NCBI GenBank assembly: GCA_964016885.1
Contig: OZ024742.1
Location: forward strand, 171,120,001 to 171,184,000
Origin: Eledone cirrhosa
Taxonomy: Eukaryota
Reading direction: 5' to 3'
DNA: 64,000 bases
In this document: piece after piece, positions 1 to 12,680 of the stretch
Layout: the number at the start of each line of letters is the position of its first letter
Numbering within the stretch: the stretch's first letter is position 1
Translations under genes and position numbers: made by a program
The notes under the pieces: generated by a model
Database searches by the model: none
Told to the model about the DNA's origin: nothing
What the model saw: the letters and a program-made list of their open reading frames with translations, nothing else

Positions 1-348
<348 letters not shown>

Positions 349-542
349 CTATACCACTAATATTACTCTGCCCTCACATAATCTGAATATTTATATATAC
401 ACAGTGTTGGTTTCATAATATCTATGTACCCCTTTATCTAACAATCTACTCATTTGTGTTGATGTATGTATATTATAATTTAACAGACACACACACACAC
501 ACACACGTATATACATACATACACACATACACACATGCACAC

Positions 543-636
<94 letters not shown>

Positions 637-665
637 TATATATATATATTATATATATATATATA

Positions 666-717
<52 letters not shown>

Positions 718-718
718 T

Positions 719-749
<31 letters not shown>

Positions 750-765
750 AATATATATATATATC

Positions 766-797
<32 letters not shown>

Positions 798-823
798 CTA
801 TATATATATATAAATATATATAT

Positions 824-938
824 CTCACGGAGGAGATGACAAAGGACCGTGACGAATGGAGAGATGCTGTGCTTGATAAGACCCATCCCATCCTTGCAAG
901 CAGGGAAAAGCGGACATAAAATGATGATGATGATGATA
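824..938 (+). mobile_element. RTE LINE 3' terminal fragment with (ATG)n tail
   Basis: ctcacggaggagatgacaaaggac...cttgcaagcagggaaaagcggacataaaatgatgatga; matches the 3' ends of the RTE copies at 20440 and 49420 (minus). Confidence 0.85.
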
Positions 939-949
939 ATGAGAATACC

Positions 950-1280
950 TTCCTCTTATTCTTTGCCCACTCATTCCTGGTAGATTTGTGGAGGCAGAGT
1001 CCTCAGGCATGCCTACCAATGGGTCCTGCCAGAAGCAGCTGTCTCAATTGATCTGGCTGGATCCCCAATAGAGACAAACCAAGCTCAAAGACGTTGTCCA
1101 GCCATCATACCCCTGGTTTTGTGCCGTAAAATCTGTCTAGCGATTCATTCTTTGACATTCTAACCACATGTCCATAATATTGGAACAGTAATCTCTAAAT
1201 TCAGAGAAGTAATTCGCTGATCTCCTAACTATATAATCTATCGAGTAATGTTAAACCCAAGACCCTTCGAAGACATTCTA
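950..1280 (-). mobile_element. Degenerate 3' fragment of a second RTE-clade (Expander/Rex3-like) LINE
   Basis: Reverse complement resembles 48840-49245 (YGHV-RM motif, LSWS-LGI region). Confidence 0.6.
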
Positions 1281-1286
1281 TTTCAG

Positions 1287-1335
<49 letters not shown>

Positions 1336-1340
<5 letters not shown>

Positions 1341-1409
1341 ACCGATTAAAGTTTAAGCAAAGAATCGCTGCTTTCTTTGGATTTTAGTCTTGAAATTTAT
1401 TATTATTAA

Positions 1410-1454
<45 letters not shown>

Positions 1455-1628
1455 AGATCAAAAGATGGTTAAAGGAGTTCCATGTATTTTATTATGCGCA
1501 TTTCAAAAAAAAAAAAATCATGCAATAATATTTGTGTTTTCATCAGATAAAACAGGAGAACATGATATGAAGGCTAAAAAACACTTGTGGATAGTGCAGT
1601 TTTAAATCAACATATAAAACTCACCTCC

Positions 1629-1666
<38 letters not shown>

Positions 1667-1740
1667 TAATGATAAATTTCAAGACTAAAATCCAAAGAAA
1701 GCAGCGATTCTTTGCTTCAACTTTAATCTGTTATTTTATA
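1336..1740. repeat. Inverted pair of PLE pLTR tail fragments (1336-1410 minus, 1663-1740 plus) around (TA)n and another insert
   Basis: gaaagcagcgattctttgctt(a/c)aactttaatc in opposite orientations; same family as the ribozyme at 61450-61500. Confidence 0.75.
1487..1552 (-). ncRNA. Minimal hammerhead ribozyme in a pLTR-like insert (1452-1630)
   Basis: Minus strand: TTTTAT CTGATGA aaacacaaatattattgcatga...ttttt GAAA TGCGCA TA ATAAAA; second copy at 51700-51766. Confidence 0.75.
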
Positions 1741-1745
1741 AATAT

Positions 1746-2511
1746 ACCATCTCCACACTCCATTTCGTACCCAGTCCAAACCTCCAATCTTGCCAAATCC
1801 TAAATGTAGTTGTCGTATTCCTAAAACAAATCTGTATTTTTTGTTATTACTTGTTAAATACGAGGGTTTTTGTCGTATTGAACAGAACAAATCTTGTATT
1901 TTTGTTATCGCTTGTTAAATACTAGGACCTCATTCAATCCTTACCTTCTAGCTATCTACCCAACCTTAATTCCTTAATTCTATATTTTCAAAACAAAATC
2001 CTTTCCTTCTTCTTCTTCTTATAAATTCATTTAAATATATTATGCTACTTCGAAAACTCTAAACTCCCGCTCCTACTATTTTCGCCCCCCCCTCCCTCTA
2101 CTTCATGAGGGTTTCGCGGTCAGCCACCCCAATACCTACATCATGCGGCCAAACCTATCCCCCCCCCATCTCTCTCTCTCTCTCTCTTAGCTATATATAT
2201 ATATAAGATAAACCCTTCAAGTAAATCACATTCGCCAAATCCATCGCTGCTTCTTCACGGTATATCATGTAACGTAAAGTACACATTTTTCTACCATCTC
2301 CACACTCAATTTCGTACCCAGTCCAAACCTCCAATCTTGCCAAATCCTAAATGTAGTTGTCGTATTCCTAAAACAAATCTGTATTTTTTGTTATTACTTG
2401 TTAAATACGAGGGTTTTTGTCGTATTGGACAGAACAAATCTTGTATTTTTGTTATCGCTTGTTAAATACGAGGACCTCATTCAATCCTTACCTTCTAGCT
2501 ATCTACCCAAC
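1746..2511 (+). repeat. About 220-bp direct repeat (1746-1965 and 2293-2511)
   Basis: accatctccacactc...ttctagctatctacccaac present twice, nearly identical; each copy has an internal ~60-bp tandem. Confidence 0.85.
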
Positions 2512-2851
2512 ACCCCTCCCTCCCGTCCCCATGCAACACCATTGTTATTACGTGGACCAATCATAAGCCAGAGCCCCCACGCACCACCATTATTACTACG
2601 TGGACCAATCATAAGCCAGAGGCCTATACTATCGCTTGCCTGGTTGCCTTTCGATATATGATGGATGGATGGACTACGGAATCCTGGAGAGTGGAAGAGA
2701 GAGAAAAATCTGGACGCTCAGCGACAATGCCAAAGATAAAGACAAATTCACCTCGTGGACGAGAATGCGAGCACTCCTCTTTGTTTCGGCCGCGGATGGC
2801 TAACATAACCTTAAAGGCACCTTAAAGGGTCGCTCTAACGAGGTTGTAGAA

Positions 2852-3109
2852 ATGCTTGAACGTAAGGAGGTCGATGTTTGTTGTATTCAAGAGACCAGGT
2901 GGAGGGGTGGGTCTGCTAGATTCATTGAGGGTAAAAAACGATGCTATAAGCTTTTCTGGGTGGGAAATGACGATGGGCTGGGTGGAGTAGGAATCATGGT
3001 AGCAGAAAAGTGGGCAGATAAGATAATAGACGTAAATAGAGTGAACGACAGAATAATTAAAATAAGACTTGTCCTCAATAGAACTACGGTGACAGTAATA
3101 TCTGCGTAG
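2852..3109 (+). pseudogene. RTE apurinic endonuclease N-terminal part
   Basis: IQETRW, GVGI, DRII, VISA motifs; jumps directly to DYIL (APE C-terminus) in another frame at about 3108. Confidence 0.9.
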
Positions 3110-3138
3110 ATTATATCCTTACCAGAAGACGCGACAGA

Positions 3139-5520
3139 GTGTCTGTTGTAAACACTAAATCCCTCCCCCATGAAGAATGCACCTCCCAACATAGACTGAT
3201 AATTAGCGACCTCATAGTCAGGACGAGACGTACTCGACAGCAGAAGAGGACTATCCTCAGGAGAAAAATATGGAAGCTAAAGGACCCCACAGCCAGAAAT
3301 AAATTCCAAAGCATATTACTTGATGCTTTCGACAGTAAGGAAGAGCATTTAGAGTCGGACAATATAGAGGGACAGTGGGAATTCCTGAAGGCAAACCTGC
3401 TGATGGCGGCAGACGAAGTCTGTGGCTGGAGCAGGCCTGTAGGCAGGAGGAGAGTAACATGGTGGTGGAACAGTAAGGTGGAGGGGTCAATTAAGGCCAA
3501 AAAGCAGGCTTGGAAAGTATGGCGGGATGGGGGAAGTAGAGAAGACTATCAAGTGGCCAGGAGGGAAGCTAGGAGACAAGTGTACTTCGCAAGAAGGGAA
3601 GCAGAGGAAAGAAAGTTCAAGCATGTTCTACAACGCGAGGACCAAAAACGTGAGGTGTTCAGGATTGCTAGGCAATGTGTCAAGGAAAACCGTGATATTG
3701 TCGGGGAGAAGTGTGTACTTAATGATGACGGCATACTTGCCATCACTGACGCTGATAAGAAGGTAGCTTGGAAGTGTCACTATGAAAGGCTACTAAATGA
3801 GGAGAATAAATGGGAGAAAGACAGTCTCCCCCACATCGACCCAATAGAGGGACCAGCAGTGTTAGTCGAGGGTAGTATAATAAGTAAGGCAATCAAGGAT
3901 ATGAAGACGGGTAAGGCGGCTGGGCCTTCGGAAATAGTTGCTGAGATGCTGAAGGCATCTGGCACGGTGGGACACACCATGGTCACACGGATAGTTAACC
4001 AAGTCGTACAGAATGGGGTTGTTCCGAAGGACTGGCATAGCAGCATCATCGTTAACTGTTATAAGGGTAAAGGAGATGCCCTAGATAGGAGTAACTATAG
4101 AGGCATTAAATTAATCGACCAGGTCATGAAGGTCGCGGAAAAAGTAATAGCGCAACTAATCAGAGAGAGAATTGACCTAGATGAAATGCAGTTCGGGTTT
4201 GTGTCAGGCAAAAGTACCACAGACGCTCTTTTCATTGTACGACAACTACAGGAGAAGTACCTAGCTAAAAGTAAACCCCTCTACTTAGCTTTTGTCGACT
4301 TGGAGAAAACCTTCGACAGAGTCCCCCGTTCCATTATCTGGTGGGCCCTTAGAAAACTAGGTGTCGATGAATGGCTTGTGAGAGCTATACAAGCCATGTA
4401 TAAAGAAACAGTCAGCAAGGTTAGAATTAACAACGAATATAGTGAAGAGTTTAGCGTAAAAGTTGGCGTCCATCAGGGCTCTGTTCTCAGCCCCCTACTA
4501 TTTATTATTGCCCTTCAGGCTATAACAGAGGAGTTCAAGACCGGCTGCCCATGGGAACTCCTATACGCAGACGACCTAACACTCATAGCTGAATCAATGG
4601 CCGAGCTAGATAAGAAATTCCAAACATGGAAGCACGGCCTAGAATCAAAAGGCCTTAAAATTAATCTGGCAAAGACCAAAGTTCTAGTTTGTAGGAAAGA
4701 AAATAAGGTGGCGGTCCCTTCCGGGAAGTGGCCATGCTCAGTGTGTAGGAAAGGCGTAGGTAGAAACTCCATTTTGTGTCAGAAATGCAAAGTATGGGTG
4801 CATAAAAGATGTAGTGGGATCACGGGTAAGCTAACTAAGAACATAGATTTCACATGTGGCCGGTGCTCTGGTGCAATAAGTAGCATCAAGTGCCCACAAA
4901 ATACTAGCTCTTTCAACTGCGCAGAGGGCTCTATAGAAATAGTGGACAGCTTCCGTTACCTGGGTGACAAAATCAGCAGTGGGGGAGGGTGCTCTGAAAG
5001 TACAGTAGCTAGAGTCAGAACTGGATGGAAAAAGTTCAGAGAGCTTATACCACTATTAGCCGCTAAAGGGTTCTCCCTAAAAACGAAAGACAGGTTGTAT
5101 GATGCCTGCATACGAACAGCAATGTTGCATGGCAGTGAGACCTGGGCATTGTGTGCAGAGGATATACGCAGACTAGAGAGGAACGAAGCTTGCATGCTCC
5201 GCTGGATGTGTAATAATAATATACGTGAACGGCAAAGCATAAACGAACTAAAGAAAAAATTAGAAATAAGAGGGATCAGATGTTGTTTACTCGAGAGAAG
5301 GCTACGTTGGTATGGACACGTGATGCGCATGAAATACGACAGCTGTATAACAAAGTGCAGGGCAATAAAGATAGACGGTAGCCACGGAATAGGCAGACCT
5401 AGAAAAACCTGGGACGAGCTGATAAACTCCGACCTCACACACTTACACCTCTCCAAGACAATGTCACTGGACCGAGACCTTTGGGGGTACTCAGTAATAG
5501 AGAAGACCCGCCTTACCTAA
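3139..5520 (+). CDS. RTE LINE ORF: APE C-terminus, reverse transcriptase, PHD finger, C-terminal domain
   Basis: Uninterrupted 793 aa; QFGF, FVDLEKTFD, GVHQGSVLSP, YADD (4564-4575), C4HC3 at 4735-4866, RLRWYGHVMRM, GRPRKTW. Confidence 0.93.
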   Translation: MSVVNTKSLPHEECTSQHRLIISDLIVRTRRTRQQKRTILRRKIWKLKDPTARNKFQSILLDAFDSKEEHLESDNIEGQWEFLKANLLMAADEVCGWSRPVGRRRVTWWWNSKVEGSIKAKKQAWKVWRDGGSREDYQVARREARRQVYFARREAEERKFKHVLQREDQKREVFRIARQCVKENRDIVGEKCVLNDDGILAITDADKKVAWKCHYERLLNEENKWEKDSLPHIDPIEGPAVLVEGSIISKAIKDMKTGKAAGPSEIVAEMLKASGTVGHTMVTRIVNQVVQNGVVPKDWHSSIIVNCYKGKGDALDRSNYRGIKLIDQVMKVAEKVIAQLIRERIDLDEMQFGFVSGKSTTDALFIVRQLQEKYLAKSKPLYLAFVDLEKTFDRVPRSIIWWALRKLGVDEWLVRAIQAMYKETVSKVRINNEYSEEFSVKVGVHQGSVLSPLLFIIALQAITEEFKTGCPWELLYADDLTLIAESMAELDKKFQTWKHGLESKGLKINLAKTKVLVCRKENKVAVPSGKWPCSVCRKGVGRNSILCQKCKVWVHKRCSGITGKLTKNIDFTCGRCSGAISSIKCPQNTSSFNCAEGSIEIVDSFRYLGDKISSGGGCSESTVARVRTGWKKFRELIPLLAAKGFSLKTKDRLYDACIRTAMLHGSETWALCAEDIRRLERNEACMLRWMCNNNIRERQSINELKKKLEIRGIRCCLLERRLRWYGHVMRMKYDSCITKCRAIKIDGSHGIGRPRKTWDELINSDLTHLHLSKTMSLDRDLWGYSVIEKTRLT

Positions 5521-5889
5521 ATACATAGTAAACCTACTACAGTCAGTAGGCATCTCTAACAAAATACACCCCCGTCCACACCGCCCCCTTCTATGTAAAG
5601 TTATGTTGGTGCCACACCATCCAGGCCGAAACAAATGAGATCGTGTAGGTGTCACGACAAAAAACACACAGTCCACGCTGTAATGTGGCCGTGTAGGCAA
5701 CACGGTAAAAATCTCCCAGACCCACACTGTAAATGTGGTTGGTTCTAGGAAGGGCATCCAACTGTAGAAAACCTGCCAGACAGTCCTATGCGAGCAAGAC
5801 AATCACTCTTGCCTCAAGTGGGAAAACTCCCGTCCAAACCCATGCAAGCGTGGAACACGGACGTTAAACGTTGATGATGATGATGATGA

Positions 5890-5974
<85 letters not shown>

Positions 5975-6065
5975 GAATGTAAAATTTAAACAGAAATAAC
6001 AACACAATCAGTACAGTATATGGAAGGAATATATTAGGTTAACCCTTGAAATAGCAGGAAGAGGG

Positions 6066-6101
6066 TCTTAACGTTTCGGACGCTACTCCTTCATCAGAAG
6101 A
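6066..6101 (-). ncRNA. Minimal hammerhead ribozyme in a pLTR-like insert (about 5985-6182)
   Basis: Minus strand: TCTT CTGATGA AGGA gtagcg TCC GAAA CG TT AAGA; second copy at 48706-48741. Confidence 0.8.
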
Positions 6102-6909
6102 AAGAATGAGAAATAAGAAATATTGGGCAGGGAGGAATCGGAAAAAAATGTTTTTAGAGAAAAATAACAGGTCCATTCATGTTGCCAGTATATATATATG
6201 TGTATGTGTGTGCTTATATATATCATCATCATCATCATCATCGTTTTACGTCCATTCTTCCACGCTAGCATGGGTTAGACGGTATGTATATATATATATA
6301 CACACACACACATCTCTGCATGATGAAAAGCCCAAAATTTACAGAGAAAACACAGTTGATTATATTTTTTTTAACCCATGAAGGTATTTTGGCAGCAGTA
6401 GGAATTGAACTAAAAATGTAAAGAACTGGATCAAATACTGCAAGGCGTTTTGTCTGACACTTCCATCAACCCAACATCCTTGATAAGTAAGTTGATTAAA
6501 TCGAACCCAGTATATAACCCATTATTATATTCTATTGATCAAAGAAGGGGCGAAAGACAAAACCACCCCAGTGGGATTTAAATTGAGAATTAAAAAAAAA
6601 ACTAAATCAAATATTAGAACGGTTTGTCTGACATTTCTGTCAGTCCACCATTGTGGAAAATATTTGATTAAATGAAACCCATTATTTTATTGAGTCTCAC
6701 TGGAAAGATCAAAGGCAAAGTTGACCTCACTGGGATTTGAATATAGAACATAAGGATCATAGATAAATACTCAATGAAATATTTGTTGTATACTCTACTA
6801 ATTTTGCTATTCACTACCTTAACCTTGTAATGACAATTAAAATCCTTTCATCTGTGACATTTGGTAAAAATAATGGCTAAGCCATGATTTTTTAAAGAAA
6901 AGGAGCTAG

Positions 6910-6922
6910 GGAGAGAGAGAGG

Positions 6923-6981
<59 letters not shown>

Positions 6982-6999
6982 TTGATATATATATATATA

Positions 7000-7047
<48 letters not shown>

Positions 7048-7092
7048 TAGAGAGAGAGATAGAAAGAGAGGGAGAGAGATAGAGAGAGATAG

Positions 7093-7171
<79 letters not shown>

Positions 7172-7720
7172 AAAGAGAGATGAGGGAATAAATGTGGGTG
7201 AGAGGATAAGATAGGGGAGAGATAGATGTAAAGAATTTGAGAGAATGGTGAGTGAGGGTGGGGGTGGTGGTGAGAGTGGGGGTTGTATTTTGTCTGCAAG
7301 CAAAGACTGGAACTGTGTTGAATGTTATGACAGGATTTGTGGGAATACAACTACTATGGAAAATACATTACACCCACATACACACATAAATCACACACAC
7401 ACACACACATATATGTACACACATACATAAACATACACATATACACACACACACATATACACATGCATACACACGTACACACACATATACAGCGATACAT
7501 ACACAGATATACAAATCCACACATATACACACAAAGATAGATACATATAGATATTGGCATTTGCATGAATAAACACACATACACATTCAAACACACACAC
7601 ATATACATACATACATATATAGACACAGTGATAAATATACAAGCACTCATATCTGTACACACATAGACAAATACATGCACCACACAAACATACATACATC
7701 CTTACCTACATCTATACATA
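6910..7720. repeat. Compound (GA)n/(TA)n/(CA)n microsatellite region
   Basis: Direct reading. Confidence 0.9.
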
Positions 7721-7744
7721 CATAATATAAATCGTCTAAAGTCT

Positions 7745-8007
7745 GTCATAAGCCAGAAGGCTCATTTGGCCAGTGCTTATCCCGGTTTCATGGCATGAAA
7801 ACTGAGAGTACAAGACTCCCCCATAGACAGGACACCAGTCCATCACCAGGTTAAACCCCCAGTTATTGCTGGTACTCATTTTCAGCTGAGTGTACTGGAG
7901 CAACATGAAATGAAATGTGTTGCTCAAGAACACAACACCCAACCACGGAATTAAACTCACAACATTATGGTCGTAAGTCCAACACCCTTACCACTAGGCC
8001 ACGTTCC
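7745..8007 (-). mobile_element. tRNA-derived SINE with a V-SINE-like body
   Basis: Minus strand: gtggcctagtggtaagg (A box), gagtttaattcc (B box), ttgagcaacac, gatggactggtgtcctgtc. Confidence 0.65.
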
Positions 8008-8249
8008 TCCATACATCAATATATACATACTGGTATTTGAAAACACACAGACACACACAAATACACATACATATACATATATACAGTTGCTCACATATGC
8101 GCATGACTACACACACACATATATAACATAGGAATACACTTATACCCTCTCCCATCAAAAAATAATTGAAGAAGATTTTGAATGAAAAATTACAACAGCA
8201 AAAACAACACAATTATTATTTCTGTTGTTGTTGTTGTTGTTAGTGTTAA

Positions 8250-9058
8250 ACAAAATGCTTAGCAGTATTTAGTTATGGCCCTTTACGGTCTGAGTTCAAA
8301 TCCCGCCGATGTTAATTTTACCTTTCATCCTTATGGGGTCGATAAAATACAGTACCAGTCACGCACTGGGGTCAATTTAATCAACTTTCCCCTCCCCCAA
8401 ATTACTGGCCTTGTGCCTATATTAGAAATCATTATTATTGTGGTTTAGGGCAGTGAATTGGCAGTATCGGTAGAGGGTTGGACGCCATGCTTTCTAGCAT
8501 AGTTACGTCCCGTTACAGTCTGAGTTCAAATCCCACCGAGGTTAACTTTGCCTTTCATCCTTACGGGGTCGTTAAAATAAAGTACCAGTAATGCACTGGG
8601 ATAATTGCTGGCCTTGTGTCAAAAGTAGAAACAATTATCTTTTCTTACATTTGGGCGGTGGATTAGCAGTATCAGTAGAGGTTCTGACGCCATGCTTTCC
8701 AGCATAGTTACGTCCCTTTACGATCTGAGTTCAAATCCCGCCGAGGTTGACTTTGCCTTTCATCCTTACAGGGTCGATAAAATCAAGTACCAGTAATGCA
8801 CTTGGTTATTACTGGCCTTGTGCCTAAAGTAGAAACAATTATTTTTTCTTACATTTGGCAACGTCGCTTCCCTTTAATTCCTCCATTTGTGAAATAAGGA
8901 AAAAAAATCTCAGGAATTGATATTTGTATGTAGAAACAATTATTATTGCTGTTTTTATTGTTGTTAAATTATTGAACAAAATCTTTAGCAGTATTTAGTT
9001 GTGGCACTTTATGTTCTGGGTTCAAATCCTGCTGAGGTTAACTTTGCTTTTCAGACTT
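8250..9058 (+). mobile_element. Cluster of 3-4 tandem copies of tRNA-derived SINE family A
   Basis: Repeated tggcagtatcgg (A box), gagttcaaatccc (B box), tttgcctttcatccttacggggtcgataaaa, ggccttgtgcctaaagtagaaacaatta. Confidence 0.85.
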
Positions 9059-9447
9059 TTTACATACACATACACATACACAAACATATATATATATATA
9101 CTAGGTTTTAATATTTACATACATATGACACCCCTCATTCCTATAAAAACCTCTTCAGTGATGTTGCCATAAAAATACCCCCACTCCACTCTGTAAAGTG
9201 GTAGTGCTGATGTCATGACAAAATCACCCAGCACGCTCTCTAAAGTGGTCGGCCCAGAGTCACAATAACTGTCCCCAGTACACACTGTGAAATGATTGTT
9301 GTTACGAAGAGCATCCAGCAATAGAAGCAAAGCCAAAAGTGGAATGCACGAGCAAATACATTGTCACCTGACTTGTGTAGCCCCCAAAATAATGCCTCTA
9401 CCTCATGCTTGTATGAAAAATAGACATAAAAACAATGATGGTGATGA

Positions 9448-9600
9448 TAATTGTTTCTACTTTAGGCACAAGGCCAGCAATTACCCAGTGCATTACTGGT
9501 ACTTTATTTTGTCGACCTCGTAAGGATGAAAGGCAAAGTAAACCTCGGCGGGATTTGAACTCAGACCGTAAAGGGACGTAACTATGCTTGAAAGCATGGT
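9448..9600 (-). mobile_element. SINE family A, 5'-truncated
   Basis: Reverse complement of part of 16612-16800. Confidence 0.8.
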
Positions 9601-9627
9601 GATGATAATGATATATATACATGTATG

Positions 9628-9942
9628 GAGGCTTAGTGGTTAGAGTATTGGCCTTGCAATCGAAAGGTTGTGAGTTCAATTCTCAGACCGGGTAATGTGT
9701 TGTTTCCTTGAGCAAGACACTATATTTCACATTGCTCCAGTTTACTCAGCTGTAGAAATGAGATGATAGGGACTGGGGTCCCTATCATTCCACTGCAAAG
9801 TGGTCGTGGAGGTGCGACGGCAAAAAAGCACCCAGCACTCACTGTAAATGAGGTTGGTGTTAGGAAGGGCAGAATCAGTTCCCGTCACACACTTGCAAGC
9901 AGGGAAAAAGCGGACGTAAAATGAAATGATGATGATGATGAT
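9628..9942 (+). mobile_element. tRNA-derived SINE family B with RTE-derived 3' tail
   Basis: ggcttagtggttagag...gagttcaattctc...ccttgagcaagacac; ends cttgcaagcagggaaaaagcggacgtaaaatgaaatgatgatga. Confidence 0.88.
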
Positions 9943-10045
9943 GTATATAACATATATATATATATATACTTATGGTAAATATTGATGCAATTCAATAGAA
10001 GCACTCTACATACTTTTTCCAATAGGAATGACAGAGTATATTTAC

Positions 10046-10297
10046 AATAAGAAAATGCGAAATAGATGTTAATGTCCTTTATTGATAAGGTTGTGATACA
10101 TATTTCAATGATGACAGTGGCCACATGATTTCACAGAACTGGTGTCATGATCTCATGAGACAGCTTCATTACATTGTCTGATGAGATCATGACACCACTT
10201 CTGTGAAATCACGTGCTGACTGTCGTCATTGAAATATGTATCACAGCCTTATCAATAAAGGACATTAACATCTACAACTACTTCACATTTTCTTATT
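10046..10297. mobile_element. Fold-back pLTR-like element with hammerhead (10174-10246 plus)
   Basis: About 110-bp inverted arms; TTGT CTGATGA gatcatgaca...tgtcgtcatt GAAA TATGTA TC ACAG. Confidence 0.75.
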
Positions 10298-10427
10298 CTC
10301 TCTCTCTATATATATAAAGAATTAGTATATCTACCAACATATATATACAGAAGTATACCTATGCAAGCAAATATATAGGTTTTGTCTTAGTAACTTTGTG
10401 GTTCAATGCAAGGGGATGCAGAACAAT

Positions 10428-10609
10428 TATATGAAAGACGTAAAATAAGAAAATTATAAAAATTAACTTACTTACTAAAATTTCACTCCAACTAATTAGT
10501 TTCTGAAAGGGAATAAACATGGTTTCCCTTTCATAAACTAATTAGTTGGAGTGAAATTTTAGTAAGTAAGTTAATTTTTATAATTTTCTTATTTTACGTC
10601 TTTCATATA
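10428..10609. mobile_element. Fold-back palindrome centred on a hammerhead stem II
   Basis: Near-perfect ~85-bp arms; minus strand reads TGAAAGGGAA-loop-TTCCCTTTCA GAAA CTAATTAG TT. Confidence 0.65.
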
Positions 10610-12039
10610 TATATATATATATGTCAACATATATATATATGTCACTTTACCCATATGTCCCAATTGGATTGTAGGGTATTTTAAAACTGGTAGCATCCAT
10701 CTATTGCAGTTTTTAGCATAGCTGATTTATTTCAGTGACACATACATACAGAACAAGATTTACCCTACCATATCTGTCGATTCACCACCTGTAGAGGAGA
10801 TTAATTTGTCTGAAACATTTCTAATTCTTATCTCCTTCATTTAGTCAAATAAATTATTAATTAAATGTCAAATGTATGTATTGGTAGCAAACATTTAGTA
10901 AGTTCACTCATTGACTCAGTATTAAGATATTTATTTATACTTTAAATATTAACATCCTGTAGTGATTTGGCAGAAAATGTGTAAAAATGGACTTGTTAAT
11001 TCAAATAATTATAGTATCTTTAGTTTAATGCAAATTTTTAGAATCATCTTTACAGATGATTGTAAAAAATCCCAGTAACCAAAGTAAAGACTTCAATATG
11101 TAATGCAATGTATTCAAAGTGCTAATTTATACTTTCAAAAATTGCCTTGTTAATCTGGTTTCATGTAACACATGATGTTAAGAGTTAAAAAGTTTGTGTC
11201 AGCATGGGACTGACCCAGGAACGACAGCTGCAGAACCTTTGTAGTTTCAAGAATTTAGTTGATTCACAAATGACTGGTATTGAAGTCACTATAGTTTACC
11301 AAAAATGAACCTGCAATGAAAGGTTGGCACCCTTGTGTTGTGTTAGGGTGTCTCACAGAGAGCAAATATTTTACCAGATGATGAGAAAGAACTGATAGTG
11401 TGCAATGTTTGTAATGTTGGGTTCAAAAGTGTTATGTACCCCTCTGTCATAAATAAACACATGCCATGTTTGTCAAAGAGAAATTTCACTTCACAGTAGG
11501 CACCATTATGTAAACAAACAAGCAATCACACATTTGTATTCAAACACACACTTATATTGAAGCATATTCATATTCATATTATGAATACACACACATATAT
11601 ATGTACATAAGCATAAACACACGCACACACACACATATGTGCTTGTGAGTCCCCATATATGTGTGAATGCATGTGTGCATATTGATATGTAACCCTTTCT
11701 GGCAGGGAACACAGATATTAAGTAATAAAGATATTTATGTATATAAACTCATGTATAAAAGTACATGCAAAACAAATACACTCACATACATACACATTCA
11801 CACAGATATATATGAATATATCCACACACATCCAATCAAATACATCCATATACATGCATGTATAGATATAATGTATAGATATAGTGGGTATCTATATGTT
11901 TTATATTCTTTATTTTTTATTCTTTTGCTGGTTTCATCAATCCTAAAGGGCTTTAGTTATATCAACTCTAGTAGGTATTTTTCCATATCTAATACTTATT
12001 TTATCACAAGCACACATGCATACATACCTGCAATATATA

Positions 12040-12139
12040 CAGGGTGTCCCCCCAAAATGTATACACACTTTGATTATCTGCACAGGCAATATTTATTAGA
12101 ATGCACATTCTTCATGTATACATTTTTTGGGACACCCTG
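12040..12139. mobile_element. Tc1/mariner-type MITE
   Basis: TA|CAGGGTGTCCC...aaaatgtatac and gtatacattttttGGGACACCCTG|TA; TIRs with TA flanks. Confidence 0.8.
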
Positions 12140-12150
12140 TATATACACAG

Positions 12151-12194
<44 letters not shown>

Positions 12195-12198
<4 letters not shown>

Positions 12199-12680
12199 CA
12201 CCTGCATATGATGTGCAATGTATGATGTTGCATGGTAGTGAGATGAGGGCATTGAATGCAGAGAATATGCAAGATCTGGAGAGAAATGAAGCAAGTATGC
12301 TTTGAGGATTGTACAATTTCAATGTGTGTTAGTGTCAAAGTACAGTTGAGCTGAAAAAAAAAACTGTGTATAAGAAGAATCAGATGTAATGTGCAAGAGA
12401 GGAAATTGCCTTGGTATGGACACTTGATATGCATGGATGATGATTGTTGGATAAAAAAGTCCCAAAAATCCCAGTGGAAAAAAAGCTGTAGTAGAGGAAG
12501 ACGAAGCAAGACATGGGCAGAGGTGGTGAGAACTCATCTCAAATCTTTGAAGTTCACAAAGGTGAAGACGAAAGAATGCAATGAGTTGAGGAATGCTGTG
12601 CTGAAAAAAAACCCCTGTCCAAACCTTGCAAGCTTGTAACACAGGATGTAAACAGATGGTAATAATGATGATGATAATAA
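12195..12680 (+). mobile_element. Degenerate RTE LINE 3' fragment
   Basis: MLHGSE...LERNEASML and PWYGHL...KTWAEVV remnants. Confidence 0.85.

Larger units (their letters stand above)
2816..5892 (+). mobile_element. Near full-length RTE-clade LINE, 5'-truncated within APE, internal APE deletion, (GAT)n tail
   Basis: GTLKGRSNEVVEMLERKEVDVCCIQETRW (APE), RT domain, 3' UTR ending ccatgcaagcgtggaacacggacgttaaacgttgatgatga. Confidence 0.95.

Noticed and set aside
2655-2812. Minus-strand GAAACAAA...TTTGTC ribozyme half at the RTE 5' junction
   Set aside because: CUGA core absent, so it cannot be supported beyond resemblance
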